Assembly: GCA_964016885.1 (NCBI GenBank)
Contig: OZ024745.1
Location: 123,008,001-123,072,000, forward strand
Reading direction: 5' to 3'
DNA length: 64,000 bases
Source of the DNA: Eledone cirrhosa
Taxonomy: Eukaryota
Both the position numbers and the translations under genes were made by a program. The first letter of the stretch is position 1. Each line of letters starts with the position of its first letter. The notes under the pieces are model-generated. The model ran no database searches, was not told where the DNA came from, and was given only the letters and a program-made list of their open reading frames with translations. Positions 26,212-39,598 of the stretch are shown piece by piece.

Positions 26212-26448
26212 TTAACCCTTTAGCATTTACTTTACTCTATATGTACTATTATATTTTCATGGAAAGGCTTTACATCACATAATTATCTCATATAATATCG
26301 AATCTATGAGATTTTGATATTATTTATTTTGATACCAATAATTTAACATCAGTATGAGCAGCCACTTATGGCTGGTTACAGCTGGTTTGGACAGAAAGAG
26401 GTGAGAGAATTCTGGCTGGGTATGGCCAGTTTAAATGCTAAGTGGTTA
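26212..26448. mobile_element. piggyBac-like MITE M1
   Basis: TTAA-CCCTTTAGCATTT ... AAATGCTAAGTGG-TTA. Confidence 0.75.
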
Positions 26449-26856
26449 TTTAAAAATTCCAGTAATAAAGATTCCTGTTAGCTTATGCAAACAAAAAATA
26501 AAATCTAATGAGAAAATTTAAGAACCTGCAAATTATAATGTAAAAATAGCCAAATTTTTCCATTTTCAGAATATAGCAATCTTGTATATGTTACTTCCTA
26601 CAGTTATATCAGCTTAAGTTTGTAATGTTCTCTCAAACATTAGATCCATTATTATGATTAATTAAGAAATATTATAATATATTGCTTGCAATTAATTATA
26701 ATATGCATTTTTATATCACAATACAGTAGGACACAATAGATAATTGGTGGCCAATCAATTAGTAATTAGCCAATTTGCATATATATATATACACACGCAC
26801 ACACAGGGTGTCCGCAAAAACCTGTATACACACAAAGATTACCTGTACAGGCAATA

Positions 26857-26924
<68 letters not shown>

Positions 26925-27502
26925 TAATATATTATATAAATATGTATATATATATATATATATACATAACTATGAATGTCAATTGCCTTAGCTTGAACAC
27001 AATTAAATCTACATCAAACTAATGTAACCAAAAACTCAGGCAAATGCAATTCTTAAACCTATCTTCAGCTCCTCCAATATGACACACCACACAAGACAAA
27101 TTACATCCAAACATGCCCTTCACAGCTATACTGAAACACTCCAAGTATGACAACAACCAGTGTGCACCAATTAATGGTATGGAGTGAGAAACATCATAAG
27201 GCTGCAGCTGCCTTATTATACAATTTCTATATTACACTGCAGCAGCCACTACACCATTACATAACTTATGCTACAACTATTCAGAATCTGAACTACCACA
27301 AGAAATAATCTCTGAACATATAAACCCCCCGCCCATCCCACCACCACCACCATCAAAAATAAACCAACACAGAGACATTTGCTAAAAATGTCACTCACTC
27401 AGCAACTAAAACCAGGACTGACAAACCTTGCTTACAAGGAAAACAGATGTTAAATAATGATGAGGATGATAACAAAAAAAATAATATATATATATATATA
27501 AT

Positions 27503-27701
27503 ATTGAAAAGGTGGAGAATAACATGGTCAACAGTACAAAAAAGGGGATTTATTTGCAGTCTAACAATTGTTTCCCTGATAAAGTTGTCTAAAAATTGTG
27601 TTCAGCAATTTTTAGACAACTCTGTCAGTGAAACAATTGTTGGACTGCAAATAAATTCCTTTTTTTGTACTGTTGACCATGTTATTCTCCACTTTTTCAA
27701 T
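27503..27701. repeat. Long fold-back inverted repeat (about 96-bp arms), family HH4
   Basis: 27503-27598 versus 27606-27701 with a 7-nt loop and few mismatches. Contains GAAAC-AATT-GTT and AATAAA. Confidence 0.85.
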
Positions 27702-27854
27702 TTTATTACTCCAAGATAAACTTACATAGGAATACAAGTAAAATCATAAACTCGTCATCTACGTTGAGTCAAGCAACGCCGTACGCTAAAACTATCCATA
27801 ATAAGAAGTATTCACAACCTCTAATTGGATTACTTATAACAATATTTTGTTATC

Positions 27855-27929
<75 letters not shown>

Positions 27930-27939
27930 TATACATATC

Positions 27940-28105
27940 CCGCCCGTCTCCTTAATCTATTTTATTTCTTATTCTTTCTTCTGATGAAAGACTATCGTCC
28001 GAAACGTTAAGACCCTCTTCCTGCTATATAAAGCATTAACCTAATATATACCTTCCATATACTATACCGATTCTGTTGTTATTTCTGTTTACCTTTTACA
28101 TACAT
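27940..28105 (+). mobile_element. Hammerhead-bearing element HH2
   Basis: UCUU-CUGAUGA-AAGACUAUCGUCC-GAAAC-GUU-AAGA at 27977-28012, flanked by (TA)n. A 3' fragment also lies at 45614-45663. Confidence 0.7.
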
Positions 28106-28622
28106 TACATACATATATATATATATATACACACACACACGCACACACATATATATATATATTTTAAATTAGATATCTTTCCACACTAATATGCATACAT
28201 GTCACATTATCATCAAACTCACATACACACACAGCATATTTATAGAATATAAGTAATCGTAAGAGGATCAATGCCAATCTAGAAATAGATGTAGGATGTT
28301 CAACAGAATATGTCGCAATAAATGAAATAAGAAAATTAACCATACTTCTTCCTCCCTTTTTCTTTCTTTCTAATTTTCTTTATTGTTTAGGACAACATAA
28401 TCCATAGATCTTTACATGTTCTTATTCAGAAATAGCTTATATCTTCTTGCACTGTTGAAATTGCCAATGTAGAGACAGTAATCTTCACTTTGTGAATATA
28501 ACATGAACAAATGATGGAATAGCAGAAGATGCAACTAAAATTAATAAATATTTATCTACCGCATCAGTAACAATCAAGATCTTAACATGCACACACCTAC
28601 ATCCACACTCTCCTTTTCTCTC

Positions 28623-28623
<1 letters not shown>

Positions 28624-28656
<33 letters not shown>

Positions 28657-28692
28657 AAGTGGATGTAAAGGTGTGTACACATAGATGAACAC

Positions 28693-28771
<79 letters not shown>

Positions 28772-28802
28772 AATATATATATATATACAAATATATATAT
28801 AC

Positions 28803-28859
<57 letters not shown>

Positions 28860-28935
28860 CATATATATATATACGCATACATATATATATATATACACAC
28901 ACACACATATATATTATTATTATTATTATTATTAT

Positions 28936-28974
<39 letters not shown>

Positions 28975-29072
28975 TATACGGAGAGAGAGGGAGAGGGAGA
29001 GAGAGAGAAGAGAGAGAAAGAGAGAGATAAATATAGATGTAGTTATAATATATATATATGGAGAGAGAGAAA
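28624..29072. repeat. (TA)/(TG)/(CT)/(GA)/(ATT) microsatellite cluster
   Basis: Direct inspection. Confidence 0.9.
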
Positions 29073-29829
29073 GATTGCCTTGCCTCCACCAAGACTAAAA
29101 CAAATTCTGTTTTCTTTAATTTATTGGCACCAGAGATGACTTCTTCCCACTCCTTCATAAAACTGAAAAGAGCCCCCCCCCCCCCCTCCGTGTGTCTCCA
29201 TTTTTAAATTCCTTTCTTACTCAGTCAGTTAGATTGGAAGGTATTCAGAACAAGAGCATAACAGATGAAAGGAAACCAGACGAGAACTATAGTGATAAAA
29301 ACAAGGAAATTAAAAGACAGAGTTATAGAAGGTAGATAGAGAGAGAGAGAGAGAGAGCTGTATAATGGTTGTTGGTAAAGAGATTGAATATATGTAATAT
29401 GACCAAGACAGTAACAGTAAAGTTATGAGGGACAGCCTGAGTTTTATGGTGATAAAAGAAAGAAGAATAGAAGCAAACTAGTATTATAGAAGTGATATAG
29501 AGTCAAGGGAGGTAATAGTTAATGAGAGAATAATAGATAGTCACATGATGGTTTTTTTTTTGGAAATGTGATTGAGATAAAGGTTTAATTATTAAACATC
29601 CAAACTTCCCGGGAACATTCAACAGTTGTGTGATTGATATATCAGGAAAGGGGTGACAGGAGTGAAATAGGCTACTGGAGATAGAGAGAAAGGGATAGAT
29701 AGATAGACAGAGAGAGGGGAGGGGGGAGAGAGAGGGGGGGGGGGTGAAAGTGATAGATGACAATAATGAGTGGTAGAAGAAAGAGTAATAGGAGAAAGAG
29801 GTGAGGATGAATTGGTTGCTGTCAATAAT

Positions 29830-30324
29830 AATATCTAGTATAGGCGCAAGGCCAGCAATTTGGGGAGAGGGGAAAGTCGATTAAATCGACCCCAGTACAT
29901 TACTGGTACTTTATTTTATTGACCCCCGTAAGGATGAAAGGCACAGCTAACCTCGGCAGGATTTGAACTCAGACCATAAAGGGCCGTAACTCTATGCTGC
30001 AAAGCATGGTGTGCAATGCTCTGCCAATATTCTAATAATCAGAGGACCAAACAGAAAATACTTTATATTTATCTAGTTCCCTTTGAGTTACATCCCTTTA
30101 TAATAAGGCAAACTTTATCAATACATATACCTAATTAATTGTTTCTACTATTGGCACAAGGCCAGCAATTATCCCAGTACATTACTGGTACTTTATTTTA
30201 TCGACTCCCGTAAGGATGAAAGGCAAAGTTCACCTCGGTCGGATTTGAACTCAGAATGGCAAGGGCCGTAACTCTATGTGTCAAAGCATGGCGTCCGACC
30301 CTCTACTGATACTGCCAATCCACC
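29830..30324 (-). mobile_element. Two S1 SINEs (29830-30030 and 30140-30324)
   Basis: The second copy is flanked by TSD ACCTAATTAAT (30129-30139, 30325-30335). Confidence 0.85.
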
Positions 30325-30930
30325 ACCTAATTAATAGGGCTCATATAAATCTATAGTCAACTAAATCCATATTTATTGACAATGGCCACATTCCAAAACA
30401 CTAAGACCAGAATAAATGAATAGCTAGAGTTGTCACCAGCAAATGTCAAATGGTGACTTTTTGTATATGGCCTTTGGCTTTCTGCTTAGTGAACTTTTAA
30501 ACCAGTTCAATGATTAGTTCCGATACATTAAACATAGCAAAAGCACAGTTAACTGAATCTAAAATAAAATATCAACCAAATATGACAGCTAAAATATCGT
30601 TACTAATATTTTTAACTCTTCTCTTACCAAATTGCCTGAAACCACTCATGATTCTACTAAAAGAAAAGCCATTTGTTTTAAAATGTTCATATGTAAATAT
30701 ATATTTTCCATCAGAATTTAACGAAAGAAAATTTTGTTAAATTAGGTTTCAAATACTAGATTTAAAATAAAGAAGGGGAGATATTTTACAAAATCTCTCA
30801 AAATTTGTGATTATTTCAATAATTAATTGAAAATTACAGGTAATGTATTTCATTAGAGATATGGTAATGAAAGGGTTAAACATTTCTAGATATACTATCT
30901 ATCCCTCATCCACCATCTCTTTTTCTCATT

Positions 30931-31160
30931 TTAACCCTTTAGCATTTGTATTACTCTATATTTATCATTTTATTTTCACGTTAGAGGCTTTATCTCACAT
31001 ATTTATCTCACATAATATCGAATCTATGAGATTTTGATATTATTTATTTTGAGAACAATACCTTAACATCGGTATGAGCGGCCAGTTATGGCTGGTTTTA
31101 ACAGAAAAAAGGTGAGAGAATTCTGGCCAGATATGGCTGGTTTAAATGCTAAAGGGTTAA
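30931..31160. mobile_element. piggyBac-like MITE M1, intact
   Basis: TTAA + CCCTTTAGCATTT ... AAATGCTAAAGGG + TTAA, giving 13-bp perfect TIRs and a TTAA TSD. Further copies at 34764-34955 and 40685-40910. Confidence 0.85.
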
Positions 31161-31244
31161 ATCTGGTCACCATCAGTGTAGCTTTTATGGATGTGTATTG
31201 CATGTTTCACATACCATTACTGTCATTACAACAGCCATTGTTAC

Positions 31245-31278
<34 letters not shown>

Positions 31279-31357
31279 ACTATCTCCTCTCCTACAGTTG
31301 CTGGTCTTACTACCAAGGTAGCTATAATGGCTACCACCTCAGTACTGCCACACAGTT

Positions 31358-31545
31358 AGTGGATTGGCAGTATAGGTAGAGCATCAGATGCTATGCTTTG
31401 ACGCATAGAGTTACGTCCCTTTACAGTCTGAGTTCAAATCTCGCCAAAGTTAACTTTGCCCTTCATCCTTACCGGGTCGATAAAATAAAGTACCAGTAAT
31501 ACACTGGGATAATTGTTGGCCTTGTGCCAAAAGTAGAAACAAATA
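31358..31545 (+). mobile_element. SINE S1
   Basis: Full-length copy. Confidence 0.85.
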
Positions 31546-31555
31546 TTAAAGATCA

Positions 31556-32174
31556 CTAACAACAACAACAACAACAACAACAGCAGCAGTAGCAACAACA
31601 AAAACAACAGCAATAACAGCAACAACAACAATAATATCAGAACTATCGACTTGCTACCCCTACATCCACAATTACTACCACTATTGATACCACTAGAACC
31701 ACCATCACCACCCCAAACACCTCCACCACCCCATAACCACTACTGCCTTCAGTACAAGGAACACCACCACCCTCACCATCCCAACCACCACCACCATCAA
31801 CACCACCACCAATACAACCACTGCCACCATCACCCTTGCCACCACCAATACAACCACCATCACCATCATCACCACCACCATCACCCTCACCATCCCAACC
31901 ACCACCACCACCATCCCAACCACCACCACCCTCACCATCCCAACCACCACCACCATCACCATCCCAACCACCACAACCACCACCCTCACCATCCCAACCA
32001 CCACCACCACCATTACCATCACCATCACCACAACATCCACAACAACAATCATAAACACCACTACACCAACCCCCACCCCACCACCACCACCACCACCACC
32101 ACCACAACAACAACTACAATGATACCCCTACTATACTATACCAAGATTATCTGACATTTTTCAGTATCAAAATC

Positions 32175-32217
<43 letters not shown>

Positions 32218-32270
32218 TGAGAGAGAGACAGTGAGAGATAGAGTGACTGTCAGACAGAAAGAGAAAGGGT

Positions 32271-32301
<31 letters not shown>

Positions 32302-33510
32302 TGAGAGTGAGAGACAAAGACAGAGAGACAGAGTGACTGTCAGACAGAGAGAGGGAGAGAGAGAGAGGGAGAGACAGAGAGAGACAGAGAGAGAGAGGGA
32401 GAGGGAGAGAGAGAGAGAGAGAGACAAGGTATGACCAATAGTGAACATCTATCATTGTCCAGCTGTGTTCAACAACAAAAGATTCTTCATCATTGTATAC
32501 TTGGTCAAGAATACATCCTCATAAGATACTTGAATACACTTTTTACCTGAGGGTTACTTTCTAAATGGCCATTAACCTGGACAACAAAGAAAACAATAAC
32601 AAACACCACCACCACCACCACCACCACCACCACATACAACAACAACAACCACCATCACATACAACTACAACAACAGCGATAACAGAAACAACAAACAACA
32701 CCACATACAACAACAACAGCAACACCAGAAATGACAAACACCACCATAACCACCACCACCACATACGATAACAGCAACAACAGCAACAACAAATGCCAAC
32801 ACTACAGCTACCACCACCACCACATACAACAACAACAATAACAGCAACAACATAAACAACCACCATCACATACAACAACAGCAACAGCAACAACAAACAC
32901 CATCACCACCACCACCATCTACAACAACAACAGTAACAATAAACACTACTACCACCACCACCACCACCACCATCTACAACAACAACAGTAACAATAAACA
33001 CTACTACCACCACCATCTACAACAACAACAACAGTAGCAATAAACACCACCACTACTACCGCCACCACCACCACCACCACCACCATCTACAACAACAACA
33101 GTAACAATAAACACCGCCACCACCACCACCACCACCATCTACAACAACAACAGTAACAATAAACACCACCACCCCCACCACCACCAACAACAACAGTAAC
33201 AATAAACACCACTACCACCACCACCACCAACAACAACAGTAACAATAAACACCACCACCCCCACCACCAACAACAACAACAGTAACAATAAACACCACCA
33301 CTACTACCACCACCACCACCACCACCACCAACAACAACAGTAACAATAAACACCACCACTATCACTACCACCACCACCACCAATAACAACAGTAACAATA
33401 AACACCACCACTACCACTACCACCACCACCAACAACAACAACAGTAACAATAAACACCACCACCACCACCACTACCACTAACACAATCATCATCACTATC
33501 AGAGTAATCA
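31556..33510. repeat. Block of (CAA/CCA)n and (GA)n microsatellites and derived minisatellites
   Basis: Includes unit CACCATCCCAACCAC (31.77-32.0 kb) and about 11 copies of AACAACAGTAACAATAAACAC (32.92-33.46 kb). Confidence 0.9.
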
Positions 33511-33536
33511 TTATTATTAGTAGGATCAAAGGGCAA

Positions 33537-34032
33537 TGGATTGGCATTATCGGTAGAGGGTCGGACGCCATGCTTTGCAGCATAGAGTTACGTCCCTTTA
33601 CGGTCTGATTTCAAATCCCACTGAGGTTCACTTTGCCTTTCATCCTTACAGGGTCGATAAAATAAAGCACCAGTAATGCACTGGGTAATTGCTGGCCTTG
33701 TGCCTAAAGTAGAAACAATCCCACCGAGGTTGACTTTGCCTTTCATCCTTACGGAGTCGATAAAATAAAGTACCAGTAATACACTGGCTAATTGCTGGCC
33801 TTGTGCCAATAGTAGAAACAATTATTATTATTACTATAATGGCGGTGGATTGGCAGTATTGATAGAGAGTCGGACGCCATGTTTTGCAGCAAAGAGTTAC
33901 GGCCCTTTACGGTCTGAGTTCAAATCCTGCCAAGGTTAACTTTGCCTTTCATCCTTACAGGGTCGATAAAATAAAGTACCAGTAATGCACTGGGATAATT
34001 GCTGGCCTAGTGCCAAAAGTAGAAACAATTAT
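33537..34032 (+). mobile_element. Three tandem S1 SINE units
   Basis: 33537-33719, 33720-33822 (5'-truncated) and 33841-34032. Confidence 0.85.
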
Positions 34033-35139
34033 TATTTTAGTTAATATTAGTTAATTTTTCTTAAATAAGAAAAACACCAGTTAAATAATAGAAAAGCTGA
34101 ACAAGTAGGCTTCTCAAAATACATTTGTGTTGGATGTTGTAGGTATTTAAAGAGACTGCCTCTAAGGTAAAAACTTTGAATGACCATTTGAAGTGAACAA
34201 ACAATTTAAGGAGAAGACTTCAGAACAGATAAGTCCCTGTGATCAATTAAATCTGTTGAATCATTCTCTCAATGTTTCTGTTTTTGATCTTTTGGTCATA
34301 ATAGATCATTTGTTTATTCAAACGATGACCAGTTGGACCACTCCTTAAGGGATGTCAGGACAATGGACGGGTGACATACAACACAAGATAAACTGGACAG
34401 AGTACTACAGGCATTGGTACAATGGAATCTTACTGGAAGGGGAAAAATGTCAGTGTAGGTTGGGTGTGGTGGTGATGGTGGTTGTGGGTATGGTGGTGAT
34501 GGTAATGGTGGCAGTGGTGGTAGTGGTGGTCGTGGTTGTGTTGGTGGTGTTAGTGGCAGTGGTGGTATTTATTTATGACTTTCTACATTCTGAGTTCAAA
34601 TCTTTCCAAGGTCAATTTTGCCTTTTACCTTTCCAAGGTTGATAAAATAAAGTATTAGTCAGTAAATTACTGGGGTCTATATAATTCACTTTTTCCTTCC
34701 ACCACATTGCTGGTTTTGTGCCAATGTTAGAAAGAATTATTAAGTTGGTGCTTGGAACATAACTTAACCCTTTAACATTTACATTACTCTATATATGCTA
34801 TTGTATTTTCACAATAAACACTTTATCTCACATAATTATCTCACATAATATTGAATCTATGAGATTTTGATGTTATTTATTTTGAGAACAATACCTTAAC
34901 ATCAGTATGAGTGGTTGGCTACAGCCAGTTTGAACAGAAAGAGGTGAGAGAATCTGAATCACACAAAAGTTAACATAAAACCTCATAAAATATAAAGTTG
35001 AAGCTTGTGTGAAGTTAATGTCATCACCCTCGCACCCCCACCCAACATTACTATATGGGCCACCTTCAACCCCCAACACCACTACCACCACCACCAACAA
35101 CAACAACAACAACAACAGCAGCAGCAATAACAACCAATA

Positions 35140-35525
35140 CCATGTGGTTAGAATGTCTCAGGAAAGAATCGCTGGACAGATTTTACAAACAAAATTAACT
35201 GGCAGGAGACTCAAGGGTAGACCCCGAGCAGGATGGTTGGATAACATCTATGAGCTTGGCTGGTCTCACTTGGGGACCCAGCTGGATCAGTTGGAGATGG
35301 TTGCTTCTGACAGGACCCGCGGGAGGGAGTGTTAAGGACTCTGCCCCCACGACCCTCTCAGGAATAAGTGAGTGAAGAAGAAGAAGAAGAAGAAGAAGAA
35401 GGAGGATGAGGAGGAGGAGGGGGAGGAGAAGAAGAAGAAGAAGAAGAAGGAGGAGGAGGAGGAGGAGGAGGAGGAGAAGAAGAAGAAGAAGAAGAAGAAG
35501 AAGAAGAAGAAGAAGAAGAAGAAGA
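35140..35525 (+). mobile_element. RTE-clade LINE 3' end with expanded (GAA/GAG)n tail
   Basis: HVVRMSQERIAGQILQTKLTGRRLKGRPRAGWLDNIYELGWSHLG..VASDR matches the GH..RM...GRP...W.D RTE C-terminus. Confidence 0.8.
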
Positions 35526-36754
35526 CCATCACTCACCTCTATCACACCCCTAACCACCTAGAACCACCTTCAATCCTTGCCATCACAACCACTAGTGCCA
35601 ACCACTGCTACCACCACTGCTACCACCACCACCACCTCCACCACCACCACCACCACACCCATCATCATCATCATCATCAAACTGTTTCCTCCTTTTTCCA
35701 CTCATTTCCTTTTCCCTCCTCATTTTCAACATCATTATTGTTTGAAATCAAATTAAAACTGTGGCTTTGAACAAAACTAATATTAATTATTAGTTCCATA
35801 TTGAGCTGTTTTACTTGTTGTTGTGGTTCTTGTTGTTGTTGTTGTTGTTTTACACACAAAGACACATACACGCTAAAACAGACACACACGCAAAAACAAG
35901 AACACACACACAAGCTAACAAAACAAAACTAAAAATAAAACTATCTGAAACGTTTGTTGAGTCAAAATATTTTAAATACCAAACACGATTTAAAAATATA
36001 ATTACATTTTTTTAACAAAGTGATGAAAAATGAAAAACTATCTTTGTATAAATTCCACATATGCTAGCATTAACTAAATAATCTATTTAGTCTTTTCTCA
36101 GTTTAATTAACCATATATTTGTACAATATGGTGTCACAGATCCAGATTGTTTCAGTTGGTCTCATAAAGTTTTATATCAAGGATAGGGGGTGGATGGTGA
36201 GAGAGGACTCTACGGTCTTGACCAGGACATAATAACCTCCCTAGTGCTAGTGCCATAATATAAATGTTTCTACTTTTGACACAAGGCCAGCAATTACCCC
36301 AGTTCATTACTGGTACTTTATTTTATTGACCCCGTTAGAATGAAAGGCAGAGTTAACCTTGAACTCAGAATGTAAAGGGCCATAACTCTTTGCTGCAAAG
36401 CATGGTGTCTGATGCTCTACTGATACTGCCAATTCATGCAACTAGTACATTCTATAAAGTGGCTAGCATTAAGAAGGATATCCAGTCTTAGAAACCAGGT
36501 CAAAGAGAGGGTTATTCAGTTACATCAAAGACATGACAATCTCATTAGTGCTGGTGCCATGATATAATGCACCCAGTACATCCTTCAAAATCTCGATGCT
36601 TCCTGCAATTCGTCATCACTACACCTGATATCCCCCCCCCTCCATACACACACGCACACATGTATATCATGACTCATGTACTATTCATTTTCCTAACATT
36701 TGAACATGCACCTTTGATGAGTTGTAGCGCACCTGAGCACTGTACACAATAATT

Positions 36755-36806
<52 letters not shown>

Positions 36807-37225
36807 ATTCTTAAAAATCTGTTAATCCATTTCATTATCCTATGCTTCTTTTCTTTTTTAAGACAGTAGACTGTGATTTTAAGAGAGATTTAACAGGCAT
36901 TTCTAGCAGATTGAGCAAAGACGTGATATTCCTGCATTAGCTCAAAAAGCTGACTAGCTACATTAACATTTAGTTTTATAGCTCACTGTTCTAAATTCAG
37001 ATTGTTTGGAATCAACATTGCCTTCCATCATTCTGCATGGTTGATTAAATAACTATCAGTAGTCTATTGATTTCTGAAGTTCCAAATCTGGTTGAAGTTA
37101 TTATATAACATAAAATCATAAAATGTAAATATTTTGTAATGTAAAACCTTGGTCAGAGATAAATATATTCCTCTTTTATATATAAAGGGAACTATGAATA
37201 TGAATACACCCAGAAACATGCAGAC

Positions 37226-37257
<32 letters not shown>

Positions 37258-37338
37258 CTAAGGAAACTATAGATATGAATATATATCACCATCATTAACA
37301 TTTAATGTCACCTTTCTCTTTTAACAAGGGCTGGAGAG

Positions 37339-37408
<70 letters not shown>

Positions 37409-37584
37409 TATATATATATATATATGCATATATATATATGTGCATGTATATATGCATATATATATATGTATATATATATATGTATATATCTATATATATA
37501 TACACACATATATACATATAAATATATATACATATATATATGCATACATATATATATAAATACATACACACACACACACACACA

Positions 37585-37621
<37 letters not shown>

Positions 37622-38117
37622 CAATGATTGCATTAGTGTACAAATATATCCATATACTAATATCTATTATGTATATTTTTGTGATATGAGTGATACATTT
37701 TCTGTGTATGTGTTAAAATTGTGAGAGTGTCTGACATGTACATGAATACAAACACTGTATATACAATTTATCACATTTTTTTAACTATAACATTATATAC
37801 ATTTCATCCATATTATAGGCACTATAAATAAAATGTAAAAAATAAGAAAGGAAGAAAAAAAAAGAAGGGAAGAAAAAAAAAACAAGGGAAGAAGATAAAA
37901 ATGAAAGAATGGAAGCCTGAAAGTGCTAAAAGTTGAAAGGAAGATGAAATTGACAGTGATATGAGGCAATGACAACAAAATTTCCATATTAATATCAACT
38001 ATAGTATGAATATCATCTACAAATGTAGCTGACATTGACTCAGTTAGACATTATGGGGTCTATATCAGTCAAAAATTATTTATGATCAATTACATTGGAA
38101 ATAAAGCAACAAAACTG

Positions 38118-38176
<59 letters not shown>

Positions 38177-38481
38177 TTGTTTCTACTTTTTGGCACAAAT
38201 AATAATAATCATTGATAATAATTTGCAAGGGAGACTTTTTACACCATCAAATAAAATGCTTAATGGAATAATATAGGTTTGTAATGAATAACGAGCAATG
38301 AATAGCATAATATATATATATGTTTATGTGTATATATATATATATATGTTTATGTGTATATATATATATATATATGTTTATGTGTATATATATATACATA
38401 TACATATATACACACATATATATATATATTTATATATATATATATACTATATACATATATGTGTATATATATATATATATT

Positions 38482-38682
38482 ATAACGAAGGAGTTGTGGT
38501 AAGGAACCAGATAGACCATAACGCACCAGAGTACTCAATACTTAGGATAGTAGAGTGGGTAATATGAAAAAGTATGACCCCAACGCCAGAGCTCAATCCG
38601 TTTCGACGGCTATTTCTGGACGCAGTTCTGAAATTGCCGTCGAAACAGCTTGAGCTCTGCCGTCGGGGTCATACTTTTTCCT
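38482..38682 (-). mobile_element. Fold-back element family HH5 with hammerhead 3' half
   Basis: Arms about 38566-38620 / 38626-38680 with GAAAC-AGC-TTGAGCTCT-GCC-GTC-GGGGTC. The tail shares GTACTCAATAC with HH1. Relative at 26146-26200. Confidence 0.7.
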
Positions 38683-38746
38683 ATATATATTATATACATA
38701 TGTATATAAAATATATTATATATATATACTATATATATATATATAC

Positions 38747-38804
<58 letters not shown>

Positions 38805-39318
38805 TATGTGTATATGGCAGATTTATGTCAGGGATGAGAAAGAAGGGGAAAATAAATATAAATACATTAATAAATATAAAAAAATCTGGAAAAAAAAGAA
38901 TACCCCTAAAACAAGAAATTAATAAATAAATAAATAAATATAAATATATATACATAAATATATATATAAATAAAATAAATAAAATAAACAGCTACAGGAA
39001 TTTTTATCAACAAATATAATAAATATGAGCTTAACAGTAATATTGCATTTGAAAAATGTTAAGTGATTTTTGTAAATTGTGTATGTCAGTATGACTAATG
39101 TAGTATGAAGTCATAATTGTTTCTACGTTTGGCACAAGGCCAGCAATTACTTAGTGTATTACTGATACTTTAGTTTATCGACCCCGTAAGGATGAAAGGC
39201 AAAGTTAACCCCGGCGGGGTGTCATAATAACATGTAGTGAGTCTCCAGTTATTATGTTGTTAAACATGATGTAAAACACACACACATTTATATACATATA
39301 TATTACATACATATGTAA

Positions 39319-39349
<31 letters not shown>

Positions 39350-39541
39350 TATATACATATATATATATACACATATATACACATATATACATATATATAT
39401 ATATGGATGTATATATATATGGATGTATATATATGTACATCCATATATATATAAAAGATATCGTTTTCTACAAAAAACAATATGAAAATTTGGAAATATG
39501 GGTGGAGATGTTAAAACAGCTTGAATTTGGTAATTGCTTTA

Positions 39542-39598
<57 letters not shown>

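Noticed and set aside
32915-33480. CRISPR-like repeat-spacer pattern
   Set aside because: Spacers are low-complexity (CCA)n, the repeat is not palindromic, there are no cas genes and the context is eukaryotic.
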